Of a DNA stretch of 64,000 nucleotides, positions 23,409-33,212 are shown in pieces. The DNA comes from Orbicella franksi (taxonomy: Eukaryota): NCBI GenBank assembly GCA_964199315.1, contig OZ116707.1:5890001-5954000 (forward strand). Direction: 5' to 3'. The number at the start of each line of letters is the position of its first letter. Position 1 is the stretch's first letter. The notes under the pieces are model-generated. The model worked only from the letters and a program-made list of their open reading frames with translations, did no database searches and was not told the origin of the DNA. Position numbers and translations under genes: made by a program.

Positions 23409-26400
23409 ATGGATCTTAAAATATGTTCTCTTAATGTAAGAGGCTTGGGAGACATGCTAAAGAGAAGGGAAATGTTCTCTTGGCTCAGGGCAAAAAACAG
23501 CTCTATTTATTTTTTACAAGAAGTCCATTGCTGCGAGAGCACGTCCACTATATGGTCGGCAGAATGGGGGTACAAATCCTTTTTTAGTTGCTGTACGGGC
23601 CCTAAGGCAGGAGTTGCAATTCTATTCAATAATACATTCGATTTCGAAATGAAACAAGTGTACTGTGATCCTAATGGACGATTCATTATTTGTGACATCC
23701 AAACCAACCAAAAGTATATAACGCTGGCCACCATTTACGCTCCCAACGACGATGACGCGGCTTTCTTCGAAGGCTTCTTCGAGCATTTATCAGATTTTCA
23801 ATGTGAAGAAGTAATTATTGGTGGTGATTTCAACTTAGTGCTTAATTTAGATAAAGACAAGAAAGGTGGCGTCGCAAGAACACACAATAATTCAGTTAGG
23901 ATCGTTCAGGAATTTATGGAAAACTTAGATTTAATTGATGCTTGGAGAGTGCTACATCCCGATTCCCAAAGATATACTTGGCGCCGACGAAAACCCGAAA
24001 TTCAATGCCGACTAGACTTCTTTCTTGTTAGCCAAAGCTTAATGTGTAATGTCATGCGTGCCGATATTTTGACAGGATACAAAACAGACCACTCAATGAT
24101 CGATATCAGTATAGCTGTTCATTCGAATCCAAGAGGACCAGGCTTTTGGAAACTTAATACTTCTTTCTTGAATGAAATTGAATACGTTAACCAAATAAAA
24201 TCAACAATCCAAGCTGTTAAAGAAGAATATCAAAATGATGACACTGTGAACCACGCATTATTGTGGGAGATGATAAAAATGAAAATCCGAGAACAATCAT
24301 TAAAATATGCAGCTGCCAAAAAAGCTAAAATTTTAAAACGGGAAGAGCTAGAAAAAGCAATTAACAACTTGCAAATATATATGGAAACAAGCGACGAGGA
24401 AAATGCAAAACAAGTTGGGGCTCAGGAATTAGAAAGAAAAAAGGCAGAATTGGAGAATATAATTGAGTACCGCACCAAAGGTGCAATCTTAAGATCGAAA
24501 TGTAGATGGTATAATGAGGGAGAAAGAAATACAAAATACTTTTTAAACATGGAAAAAAGGCACTACAAACAGGGAGTAATAAGTCAGCTAAAAATTAATG
24601 ATGATGAAACAGTAAACACTGACAAAGAAAGTCTAAATCAGTGTGAATCCTTTTACAGAAATCTATATAGCTCTCATATGAATATCGACACTTATGTTAA
24701 TGACATGTTTTTCGACGAGAACAATACTAAGGTACTGAACCCAGACGAGCAAATGTCATGCGAAGGCCTGCTGACCAAAGAGGAATGTTTACAAGCCTTA
24801 AAAAATACAGAAACAAATAAAACACGAGGCTCAGACGGAATACCTGCTGAATTTTATAAAGTTTTCTGGAACGATTTGTCGGACTTACTTGTTAATTTGA
24901 TTAATTTTGCATATCAAACAGGTCAATTTTCGGTAACCCAGAGATGCGGAATCATTAAATTAATCCCCAAAAAAGATGCAGAACCATACTTTATTAAGAA
25001 CTGGAGACCAATAACTCTTTTGAACTGCGACTACAAAATCACGACCAAAGCTATTGCAAACAGACTAAAAAAAGTTCTACCGAACCTTGTAGATAATGAT
25101 CAAACTGGATTTCTTAAAGATAGGTTTATTGGGGAGAATATTGGACTCATTGACAGTATAATTCATTACGCAATGGCTAACAAAGCCCCTGGTCTTTTAC
25201 TTTTTCTTGACTTCGAAAAAGCATTCGATACAGTAGAGTGGCCTTTCATTCAAAAAACATTTAAATATTACAACTTTGGACAATCACTAATCAACTGGAT
25301 TAAACTATGCTACCATAACACAGAAAGCTGCATCCTCAATAACAGATGGGCCAGCGACTTTTTTAAGCTCGAAAGAGGAGTAAGGCAAGGTTGCCCCCTT
25401 TCTCCGTATCTTTTTATTCTCTGTGTTGAGGTTCTAGTGGATGCAATTAGGAAAAACCAAAATGTGAAAGGCATCTTTGTGAATGGAAATGAAATAAAAA
25501 TTAGTCAGTATGCAGATGACACCACTTTAATACTCGATGGTTCCAAGGAATCTCTTACATCTTCTCTGCATATATTGGATAATTTTCAACGGATATCTGG
25601 CCTTAAATTAAATAACAGAAAGACGGAAGCCCTTTGGATCGGTGCTAATGCCGAAAAAGAAGACAAATTATGCCCAGAAAGAGACCTAAATTGGTTAAAG
25701 GAAAGACCAAAGCTCTTGGAGTATGGTTCTCGACTAATCCTGACCTAACAGTAGCGCTGAACTACAATGAAAAATTGATAAAAATAAAAAATAGCCTAAG
25801 CTGTTGGGAGTGTCGTCGACCTACCCTTTTTGGCAAAATTACTGTTCTAAAAAGCTTAATTGCGTCCCAACTTGTATACATTTTGTCTCCCCTCACGACT
25901 AATCACCGAGTCTTAAGGGAAATCAATAGGCTCTTCTATGATTTCTTATGGAACGGCAAAGGCGACAAAATTAAAAGGGAAGTAATGATTAATGACTATG
26001 AAAAAGGCGGCTTAAAAATGATTGATATTGAATCCTTCAATAAAGGATTGAAAACTACCTGGGTCAAAAAATATACCGATGTAAACAATCACGGAAAATG
26101 GAAACTTTTTTTTGACTTAGAACTCCGGAACTACAGTGGCAGAGCCTTGTTCAGCGGCAACCTTAGCAAAAAAGACCTGTCAAAGTATGTCAATTTATCC
26201 TATCCATTTATTGTGGAAATCTTAAATATCTGGACTGAAATCACTTACGAGAATAATACAGACCATTTTCGCTCTCAGAGCCTTTGGCACAACTCCCTTA
26301 TAAGAATTGATAACAGACCAATCTTCTACAAAAAATGGCAGCAAAAAGGGATTGACAGGGTTTCGCATTTGATGAAAGATTCATACACCTTCCTATCCTT

Positions 26401-27131
26401 TTCTGAATTCAAAGATCGGTATGGTATCACCGAAACAAATTATCTTGCTTTTTATGGGCTGTTATCCGCTTTAGAAAAAAATCAAAGTACCTTTACACAA
26501 TAATACAAATATACAATACGAAAGCTTTTATACGAAATTTATGAAAGCAAGTAAACCAAGCAGACAGGCCTATAAAAAAATAATTGGTCTTAAACAAAGG
26601 TGTCCAACCAAGAGTCAAGAAAAATGGGCTACGGATTGTGCCTTTGAAGCCCGTGAACCAATAGACTGGAGTGCGGCGTAACAGCTATCTTTTCAGTGTA
26701 CAAAATCTATAAAACTAATTGCATTTCAATTTAAATTGCTGCATAGACGACTGGCGACTAATGATTTTCTTTAAAAAGTAGGAATAAAAGATAACGATCT
26801 CTGCAGTTTCTGCAAAACTGAGAAGGAAAGCCTAATTCATCTTTTCTGGTCCTGTAGAGTTGTCTCTACCTTCTGGCAAAACTTTAAGGAGCTTCTTGTA
26901 AGCCAAAATCTTGCGTTGAGAACATACAACCTTTCTTTAAATATAGTCTTAGGCCTAAGGCCAGACAAATCAAAGAATAAACAGAAACTTAATTTTAATT
27001 TTCTTGTGGCGAGATATTATATATGGTCGTGTAGGACACGCAACTTGCCCCCTGAAATGAAACATTTCTCTGTCTTTCTGGCATGTTACAACAGCCTCAA
27101 AACTGGAGCAGCGTCAAATGATAATCTTTAG
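23409..27131 (+). pseudogene. L1/Tx1 ORF2 (APE endonuclease, RT, CCHC)
   Basis: SLNVRGL, FLQEVH, GGDFN, RLDFFL, TDHS; NWRPITLLNCDYK, LDFEKAFD, GVRQGCPLSP, QYADD; CSFCKTEKESLIHLFWSC near 26810; frameshift near 25710 and later lesions. Confidence 0.93.
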
Positions 27132-27875
27132 AAATCTAAGTGGGTGATAATAATAATTAAACGTATTTACCAACAAGCAACTGTATAAAAAAAAAATGAA
27201 GAAAACCCTAAGGCTAACACTGTGCACGGATATTATTGTACTGTAGGTCAACCTTAACAAGTGTTGCACTTGTCAGTATTGTAAGTAACGTGTATTGTAT
27301 GTAAGTAGTAAGTAGTCTTTTTAATTAATTAATTAATTAATTAATTAATTGATTAATACAATGTAACTTATTGTAGTGTAAGTAATGTAAGTAATTGTAT
27401 TGTTAGTAATTATCCAGTAAGTGATGTAGGTAATTGTCCCATAAGTAATGTAAGTAGTTGAACTGTAAGTTGTTTTTTTCCCTGTGTTTTGCAATAAAAA
27501 AAAGAAAAAAAAAAAAGAGAGATCTACCACTCGTCACTTTGTGTCGGTCACAGTTCAGTTCCTTCCCGGTGACGTGAAATGGTACGCAGTAATGATATGG
27601 AACCCACGACCCATCGGATGTCCTGCGAAACGTTTCAATGGTCCACTCAAGACCAAACACATAATCGCCATCGTCAAAGTCGTGCGCTTGAGGGACTGGT
27701 ACTTGATGCGGTCGTGACGGTGGAATCCGGTAAGAAACGCCCGCCAATCCCACTTTCCATTCCTTGTCGGAGTCAAACATGAGCGGGTAAGGCAGACGAT
27801 TCTTGAAACTGTTGGCCTTGTTGTCCGGGAACTCGCTCGTACTGGCATTGCTCAGCAACTGCACGTAAAAGTCTT

Positions 27876-28941
27876 TCATTTTTTCGTATTTTTCACGAGC
27901 ACGTCTTTTTTATCCACCCAACTGTCGTACTTGACTGGCCAACCTTTCCAACGCACCAAGACTTTATCCCCTTTTCGTTTGACGATCTTCTCGATACGGA
28001 ACAGATCGTCGTCTTCCACGGTCACCTTTTGCGACCGACGTCCCATCCCATTCTTCCACTTTGTACGTGGGAACCTTACCCGGACGCACCCTACGTATCA
28101 CAAACACCTCTTCGGTCCAACCAGGTAAAGACCCCTTCTTGAACTGTCTGAACTTCTTGTTCAGTCTCACACGATCCCCGACTTTGAGTTGAGATTTCTT
28201 GAATTTCCCCTTTTTCTTTCCATAAAGAGTCTCCCACATGTCCTCGCTATTGGTCAAAGTCACTTGATCGGGAGCCATCTTGATACTGTGGTGATACAAT
28301 CGATTGTACCCTTTGACCAGATCTTGTAACACGGGTACAAACTTCAACATATTCTGCACGGTGAAGTACCGGTACAAACGTTCTTTTAAGGTCCGATTGA
28401 ACTGTTCCACCACACTGGCTTTCGTATCACCATGGGTCGAAAAATGATGAATGCCTTTCTGCTTCATCAAATCCTGAAACGTCTTGTTGTAGAATTCCTT
28501 CCCGTCGTCCGTCTGAAGATTGATTGGTTTTCTACCTGCTTTCAAGATCTTAGCCATGGCCTCCGTCACCGCTTTACCCGTTTTGCTCTTCAAGGGTTGG
28601 ACCCAGGCGTGCTTGGAAAACACGTCCACCACTGTCAAGAGATAACAATACCCTCAATTGTACTTGGCGATATTGATCACCTCGATCAAGTCGGCTGTCC
28701 ACTGCTCGTCGATTCCGAACACCATGACCGGTACTGTGGGAAACTGATGACGTCTGGGTTTGTGCAACGAGTACCCCAAATCCCGTTGCAAGACCTCGCA
28801 AGCACGTCGTACCGAGATCTTATTGGCCTCGGCAAGTCGCGTCAGACCACCCAGACTACTGGGTCTGGAAGGATCCCGATACCGTCCCAGTAACGTCCCG
28901 GTCGAAAGCGTTTTCTTCTTTCGACTTTTCCTCTTCTTCAT
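27876..28941 (-). pseudogene. Retroviral-type DDE integrase with C-terminal chromodomain
   Basis: WTADL, LQTDDGKEF, VVEQFNRTLK (D,D,E); LFRIEKIVKRKGDKVLVRWKGWPVKYDSWV chromodomain; in-frame TGA at 28654-28656 and a frameshift near 28030. Confidence 0.92.
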
Positions 28942-29252
28942 AATCGCCAAAGTTTGTAAACGCACTGTCTCCACAACTCGAAACGTTGCTCACGTACATC
29001 GAGATACTTCTTAAATGAATCGGGTTGCTGTTTCAACCACAAGATATAAGCGACAAAATGCATCACGTTGGTTTCGACGTCCGTATAGTCAAACACCTCC
29101 AATGGCGAATCACTGAAAGTGTAGGGGATGGGTTCACCTTCACCGTATCGCACATAGACTCTAGCGCACTTGGAACACAAGGAGATCCAACTCCATCGAT
29201 CGGCCATGGTCGCACACACTCTCGAGATCAACCAACTCAATGCTTGAGACAT
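28938..29252 (-). CDS. Orphan viral protein
   Basis: Open 104-aa ORF; its stop overlaps the integrase start (ATGA). Confidence 0.5.
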   Translation of the reverse strand: MSQALSWLISRVCATMADRWSWISLCSKCARVYVRYGEGEPIPYTFSDSPLEVFDYTDVETNVMHFVAYILWLKQQPDSFKKYLDVREQRFELWRQCVYKLWRL

Positions 29253-29368
29253 GGTAAAAATGATTCAACCCAAGTTTATTTCAACTTTCTTATAGTACAA
29301 AAATGTCGTGCCTGATTGGTTCTTACGAAAAAACAAATCTGATTGGATATCAAAAAGAAGGCGAAAGA

Positions 29369-30226
29369 CTACTGATTAGTACACACTTCGTCGTTGTCGT
29401 CCTCGGATGTGAATCCCGACGTGTTGTCAGGCAGTTCCATGTTCTTACAATCTTGGCAATACTCCTCATCATAGTCTTCCTCAAAGGAATCCATGGCATA
29501 ATATCTGCAATTTTTCCAAAAACAATCCCCTTTACCGGGTCTCCACTTCAGGGCTTCCTCCTCGTCCCCCTTCACATAAAATGCCTGATGCATCGATTCC
29601 TTACACACACTGCAGAGTTTGTCCTCATCAGCGTCAATAGCACGAAAGTATAACCGATCCTTCCATAGATCACGTTGACGCATGATCTCACCGATCAACT
29701 CTTCCAACTTCAGACAAGTTTCCTTGTGATCTCCCTTGTTGAAAGTCAGTAATGACTTCACATTGGGACTCTCGTCGGCCTCCAACACCCGTCGTGACAC
29801 GTCTCGAGTGAACCGCAATGGTTGAAACAGATCACAGATGGCCTCACGCATCATGTACGTGATGTTATTCGTGACAATCAAACAGGTACGCTCTGCATCC
29901 AGGGTAGGATCCCGACTACAAATAAAACTGAAATCGTTATATCCCTTTCTGTACAGCACACGACACCACTCACCACAGAACAGATACACCACTTCATTCC
30001 TCTTCATCAACTCCAAAATCATACCACCCCAGTCAGGACGATGTCTCATCAAGAGATCAAAGGACCACAAGCCTTCGGGTGATTTCCCTAACGGTTCAAA
30101 GAGATTGTCAAAAATGTACACGTTCACGTTCGACAGGGTATCAAGCGATCCCAAAGGTTCTACCTTCTCATCCACAATCTCTTTCACTAGCTCCTGAATC
30201 TGGTTAGAGTTGCTGTAGTAAGTCAT
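29369..30226 (-). CDS. Orphan viral protein with Cys clusters and acidic tail
   Basis: Long open frame (likely start MTYYS at 30226); CSVC, CFWKNC and CQDC motifs; D/E-rich end. Confidence 0.6.
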   Translation of the reverse strand: MTYYSNSNQIQELVKEIVDEKVEPLGSLDTLSNVNVYIFDNLFEPLGKSPEGLWSFDLLMRHRPDWGGMILELMKRNEVVYLFCGEWCRVLYRKGYNDFSFICSRDPTLDAERTCLIVTNNITYMMREAICDLFQPLRFTRDVSRRVLEADESPNVKSLLTFNKGDHKETCLKLEELIGEIMRQRDLWKDRLYFRAIDADEDKLCSVCKESMHQAFYVKGDEEEALKWRPGKGDCFWKNCRYYAMDSFEEDYDEEYCQDCKNMELPDNTSGFTSEDDNDEVCTNQ

Positions 30227-30227
30227 C

Positions 30228-30506
30228 TTAGACACTCTCTCCGACAGCCTCGTTAAACTTCTTTCTTTCTTGATACGACAAATCAGGATGGTTCCTTCGC
30301 TCGCCCCAATCAATCAAGTGCCTCCGAAGCCTACAGTACAAAGGGGAGACAACGTGTAAATCTAGGTCAAATAGCTTCACATGTAACGGTCTTTTGCTTT
30401 CTTCTATTTCCTCGGAAACCTCAGAAGCTCGATTCAAATGTCTCAAATCTTGCACGATCTCTGCGACACTTCTATCATTCATAACCCTAATCAGCTGGGT
30501 CATCAT
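30228..30506 (-). CDS. Orphan viral protein
   Basis: MMTQLIRVM.. downstream of GGTATAAAAGG (~30553-30563, minus); stop abuts the next start. Confidence 0.5.
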   Translation of the reverse strand: MMTQLIRVMNDRSVAEIVQDLRHLNRASEVSEEIEESKRPLHVKLFDLDLHVVSPLYCRLRRHLIDWGERRNHPDLSYQERKKFNEAVGESV

Positions 30507-30741
30507 TCCACCACGAGCAAGTCGAGAATGATTCACCTTGTCAAGCGTGCTCCTTTTATACCCGCGGCGCACCTCCACTTTCACTCAGTACACGTACTTT
30601 CACTGATCACGCGTCATTTTTCACAACCGATCAGAATTAAGACCATCACATGATCCCATTACACGACACGTCTCCGATTGGTCGTAAAAATGTCTATAAA
30701 GGCGAACCGCGCATTCCATCACGAGTCATTTTGCAGGCGTC

Positions 30742-31137
30742 ATGGATTCACTCGTCGAATCTGATAAGAAAAGAAAATCATCCAAAAAGACGGAGGCTCA
30801 TAAGAAACTGAAACTGGTCATCCCCAAGAGAGGAGAAGAAGGTAAACTACTACAATCCACCTTAGATAGATGGCTATTCAAAAAACCTTGTTCTAGACTA
30901 CATTTCAAAGAACGCGTACTCCTCAAAGAGATCACGCAGGACTCTGTCAGTTGGACCACCGTACCTCTCAAAGGATTCTTGGAACCCTGGAGTGCCTTTT
31001 CAATCAAATGTCAAGAAGTCAAAAGTGAAATGAAAAGTAACCATCGACGTCGAAGACTAAGACTGACCCCAAAAAACATGCGAAAAACCAGACACATCCT
31101 AGAAACAATGCCACCCTTCAAGTCCTGGAACCGATAG
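30742..31137 (+). CDS. Basic orphan viral protein
   Basis: ATG downstream of TATAAAGGCG (30695-30704); NLS-like KKRKSSKK and RRRRLRL stretches. Confidence 0.55.
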   Translation: MDSLVESDKKRKSSKKTEAHKKLKLVIPKRGEEGKLLQSTLDRWLFKKPCSRLHFKERVLLKEITQDSVSWTTVPLKGFLEPWSAFSIKCQEVKSEMKSNHRRRRLRLTPKNMRKTRHILETMPPFKSWNR

Positions 31138-31172
31138 AACTCGACAAATTCAAGAAAGACAACGTCATAGGA

Positions 31173-31604
31173 TTGCCACCTGAAGTGGATGCCAAAGGAG
31201 AATTCACCGAAGTACAAGTGTTGGAGGAATTCGACCCCGATCAGTTCCTGAACCAACTGAAAACACAAGATCACACCTGCCCGCGTTGTATGGTACCCAT
31301 GAAATTCGGGAGTGTGCAAACCCCCGATGGTAGCACCTGGGAGTATTACCGATGCCCCTCTTCCAGATTCTTCACCAAGTGTTATGTGACCTGTGGTGCT
31401 AGTGAAGTGAGCGCCTACCTGAAATGCGTCGACGAACAGACCCACCCCTGCTACAAAACCATCGACCCAGCTCGTTTCCGATGTCTATGCAACAAGTCCC
31501 CGGTCTTAGCCACTTCACACTCCGATGCCAACCCAGACAGGCTCTATCTCAAGTGCCCCAAGCGCACCTGCAAGTTCTTTCCATGGATCAACGAACCCTC
31601 ATGA
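31173..31604 (+). CDS. Tandem zinc-ribbon / GRF-type zinc-finger protein
   Basis: CPRC..YYRCP..KC followed by CLCNK..NPDRLYLKCPKRTCKFFPW, fitting the zf-GRF pattern. Confidence 0.7.
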   Translation: MPPEVDAKGEFTEVQVLEEFDPDQFLNQLKTQDHTCPRCMVPMKFGSVQTPDGSTWEYYRCPSSRFFTKCYVTCGASEVSAYLKCVDEQTHPCYKTIDPARFRCLCNKSPVLATSHSDANPDRLYLKCPKRTCKFFPWINEPS

Positions 31605-31805
31605 GGGGTCGCCGAAGCTAAACTGATCAATGGACAGAACCCAAACTAAGAAAGAGAGAGACAGTTTTTTAAAAAAACACTCCGTTATTTATTTTCATAT
31701 TTTTTACACGTTGGGTAATTTATCTTCTGCATCAATCATCGATCGCATTGTTTTTTGAGTACATTGGTTGAAAACGCTATAATAAACATTGATTACATTC
31801 ATGTG

Positions 31806-32264
31806 TCATTTCGCCGTGTTCTGTTGTCTCTGAGTCCAGTGAGTGTGGAACGGCTCAAAGTGATAACACAACGTAAGTCTGTGAAAAGTGATCCTGTCGA
31901 GAGGCGGCTTCACTTTCATGTCCCAAACAAGGTTCCTGCGTATGGTCAGGATCGCATTGAACAAGGTTCTACCAAACACTTTCTCTATGATGCAATATTG
32001 TCGCTGGCTTCGTGTCCAGTTCTCGCGCTGCTCATCCATAAAGAAGAGGATCTGGTGTAGCATCACCTCCAACTGGTTTGAGTCTTTGAACCGTATAAGC
32101 CAACGGCGGCCCGTCAACAAATCCCGGATTGGGAAATTCATGTCCTCATAAAACCAAACCCAGTCTTCATCCATTCTATCAATCGCCTCCTCGTAGGTAG
32201 TCTCAGGTTTTCTAGGTCTGAAATTCTGAAGATGTCTCTCCCTCAAGGCCATGGTAGCGCTCAA
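31806..32264 (-). CDS. Orphan viral protein
   Basis: Open 152-aa ORF, convergent with the GRF gene across an AT-rich poly(A)-signal region (31660-31710). Confidence 0.55.
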   Translation of the reverse strand: MSATMALRERHLQNFRPRKPETTYEEAIDRMDEDWVWFYEDMNFPIRDLLTGRRWLIRFKDSNQLEVMLHQILFFMDEQRENWTRSQRQYCIIEKVFGRTLFNAILTIRRNLVWDMKVKPPLDRITFHRLTLCYHFEPFHTHWTQRQQNTAK

Positions 32265-32823
32265 TACAAGTTAAAAACTCAGAGTGGAGAGCGGACGACG
32301 CCGATTCGCTTTATGCAGATCCGTCCAGCCAATCACAGATCAAGTCGAAGTCACATGTGCCTACAGACCCAGGGGATAGGGGGTATCCCCTACCACGCCC
32401 CTCACGGTCGTAGACTGGACCCACTTTCACCGGGTGTATAAAACAAGCGAGTCAGACCAGTCACTTTCACTCTGAGTTTTAGTGAAACTTGTATGAGCGC
32501 TAACAAAAGACTGGTTGTTGCTGTTGATATTGCTGTTGGATTTCAAGTGAGTATAGCATGGAAGTGTTAGAGTGTTGTAATGCAGAGTTGACTACCTTGG
32601 GAAAGCGGGTATGAGAGTGGATGAAGGATGAAGAAGAGAATCGCAAGACCCCTTTGTACAGGGACCTGAAAACCTTTTAGGTTTCATCGGGGTGGCCCAG
32701 GACGAGATAGACTTACTATTCCTAGAAGAGATGATGGGGGTCGCTGAAGACGAGATTAATGATTTAGTAATCGATGTGGACTGGGCTCTCAACACTTACA
32801 AACAGTTATTATGAATTTTTAGA

Positions 32824-33138
32824 ATGGAACCCAGCTGTTGTTATGTCTGTAAACAATCAAGACCATGCTGCCGCCAACCTATCTTAGAATTGGGTAAACA
32901 AGGGACCCACGACAAATTTGTCCACGCAGTCTCGGGACCGCTGAGAAAAGCCTGGGGACTAGGGTGCGTCTGGGCAACCTGTTGCGGGGCCATCTATGGC
33001 ATGTACCACAATAAGGAGACCGCCCGTTACGATCCCGTCTTCCTGGGGAACCATTATGAAGAGGTGCTGAACAGAGTCAATCATGTCAAATCTTTTCTTT
33101 TTTATGATGAAGAAGAAAAAGAGGGCGCCAGTCAATAG
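32824..33138 (+). CDS. Cys-rich orphan viral protein
   Basis: CCYVCKQSRPCC N-terminus; ATG directly after TTTTTAG; AATAAA near 33180. Confidence 0.5.
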   Translation: MEPSCCYVCKQSRPCCRQPILELGKQGTHDKFVHAVSGPLRKAWGLGCVWATCCGAIYGMYHNKETARYDPVFLGNHYEEVLNRVNHVKSFLFYDEEEKEGASQ

Positions 33139-33212
33139 GATCGTGCACATGTCCCACCCTGTAATCAAGTGTAGTGTCCAATAAAAAATGTTTTTTGTTC
33201 TATTTCAGACTC

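Larger units (their letters stand above)
21884..27516 (+). mobile_element. Full-length L1/Tx1-clade LINE
   Basis: 17-bp TSD GAGAGATCTACCACTCG at 21867-21883 and 27517-27533; poly(A) tail; 5' UTR with AAGATGGCG (YY1-type) at 21901; ORF1 and ORF2. Confidence 0.95.
21141..27879 (-). pseudogene. Penton copy 1, split by the LINE (segments 27879-27517 and 21866-21141)
   Basis: Removing 21884-27516 plus one TSD copy joins ..HKVTSGRSL to MQYLINHF.. in frame, giving an open 362-aa penton. Confidence 0.88.

Noticed and set aside
25670-25748. Programmed frameshift in LINE ORF2
   Set aside because: The element has several other stops and shifts, so simple decay explains it; no clear slippery site.
21056-27873. 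Diversity-generating retroelement (repeat pair plus an adjacent reverse transcriptase)
   Set aside because: The RT is an ordinary L1/Tx1 ORF2 inserted with a TSD. The repeat pair is N-terminal and differs by one transition, not by adenine-specific mismatches.
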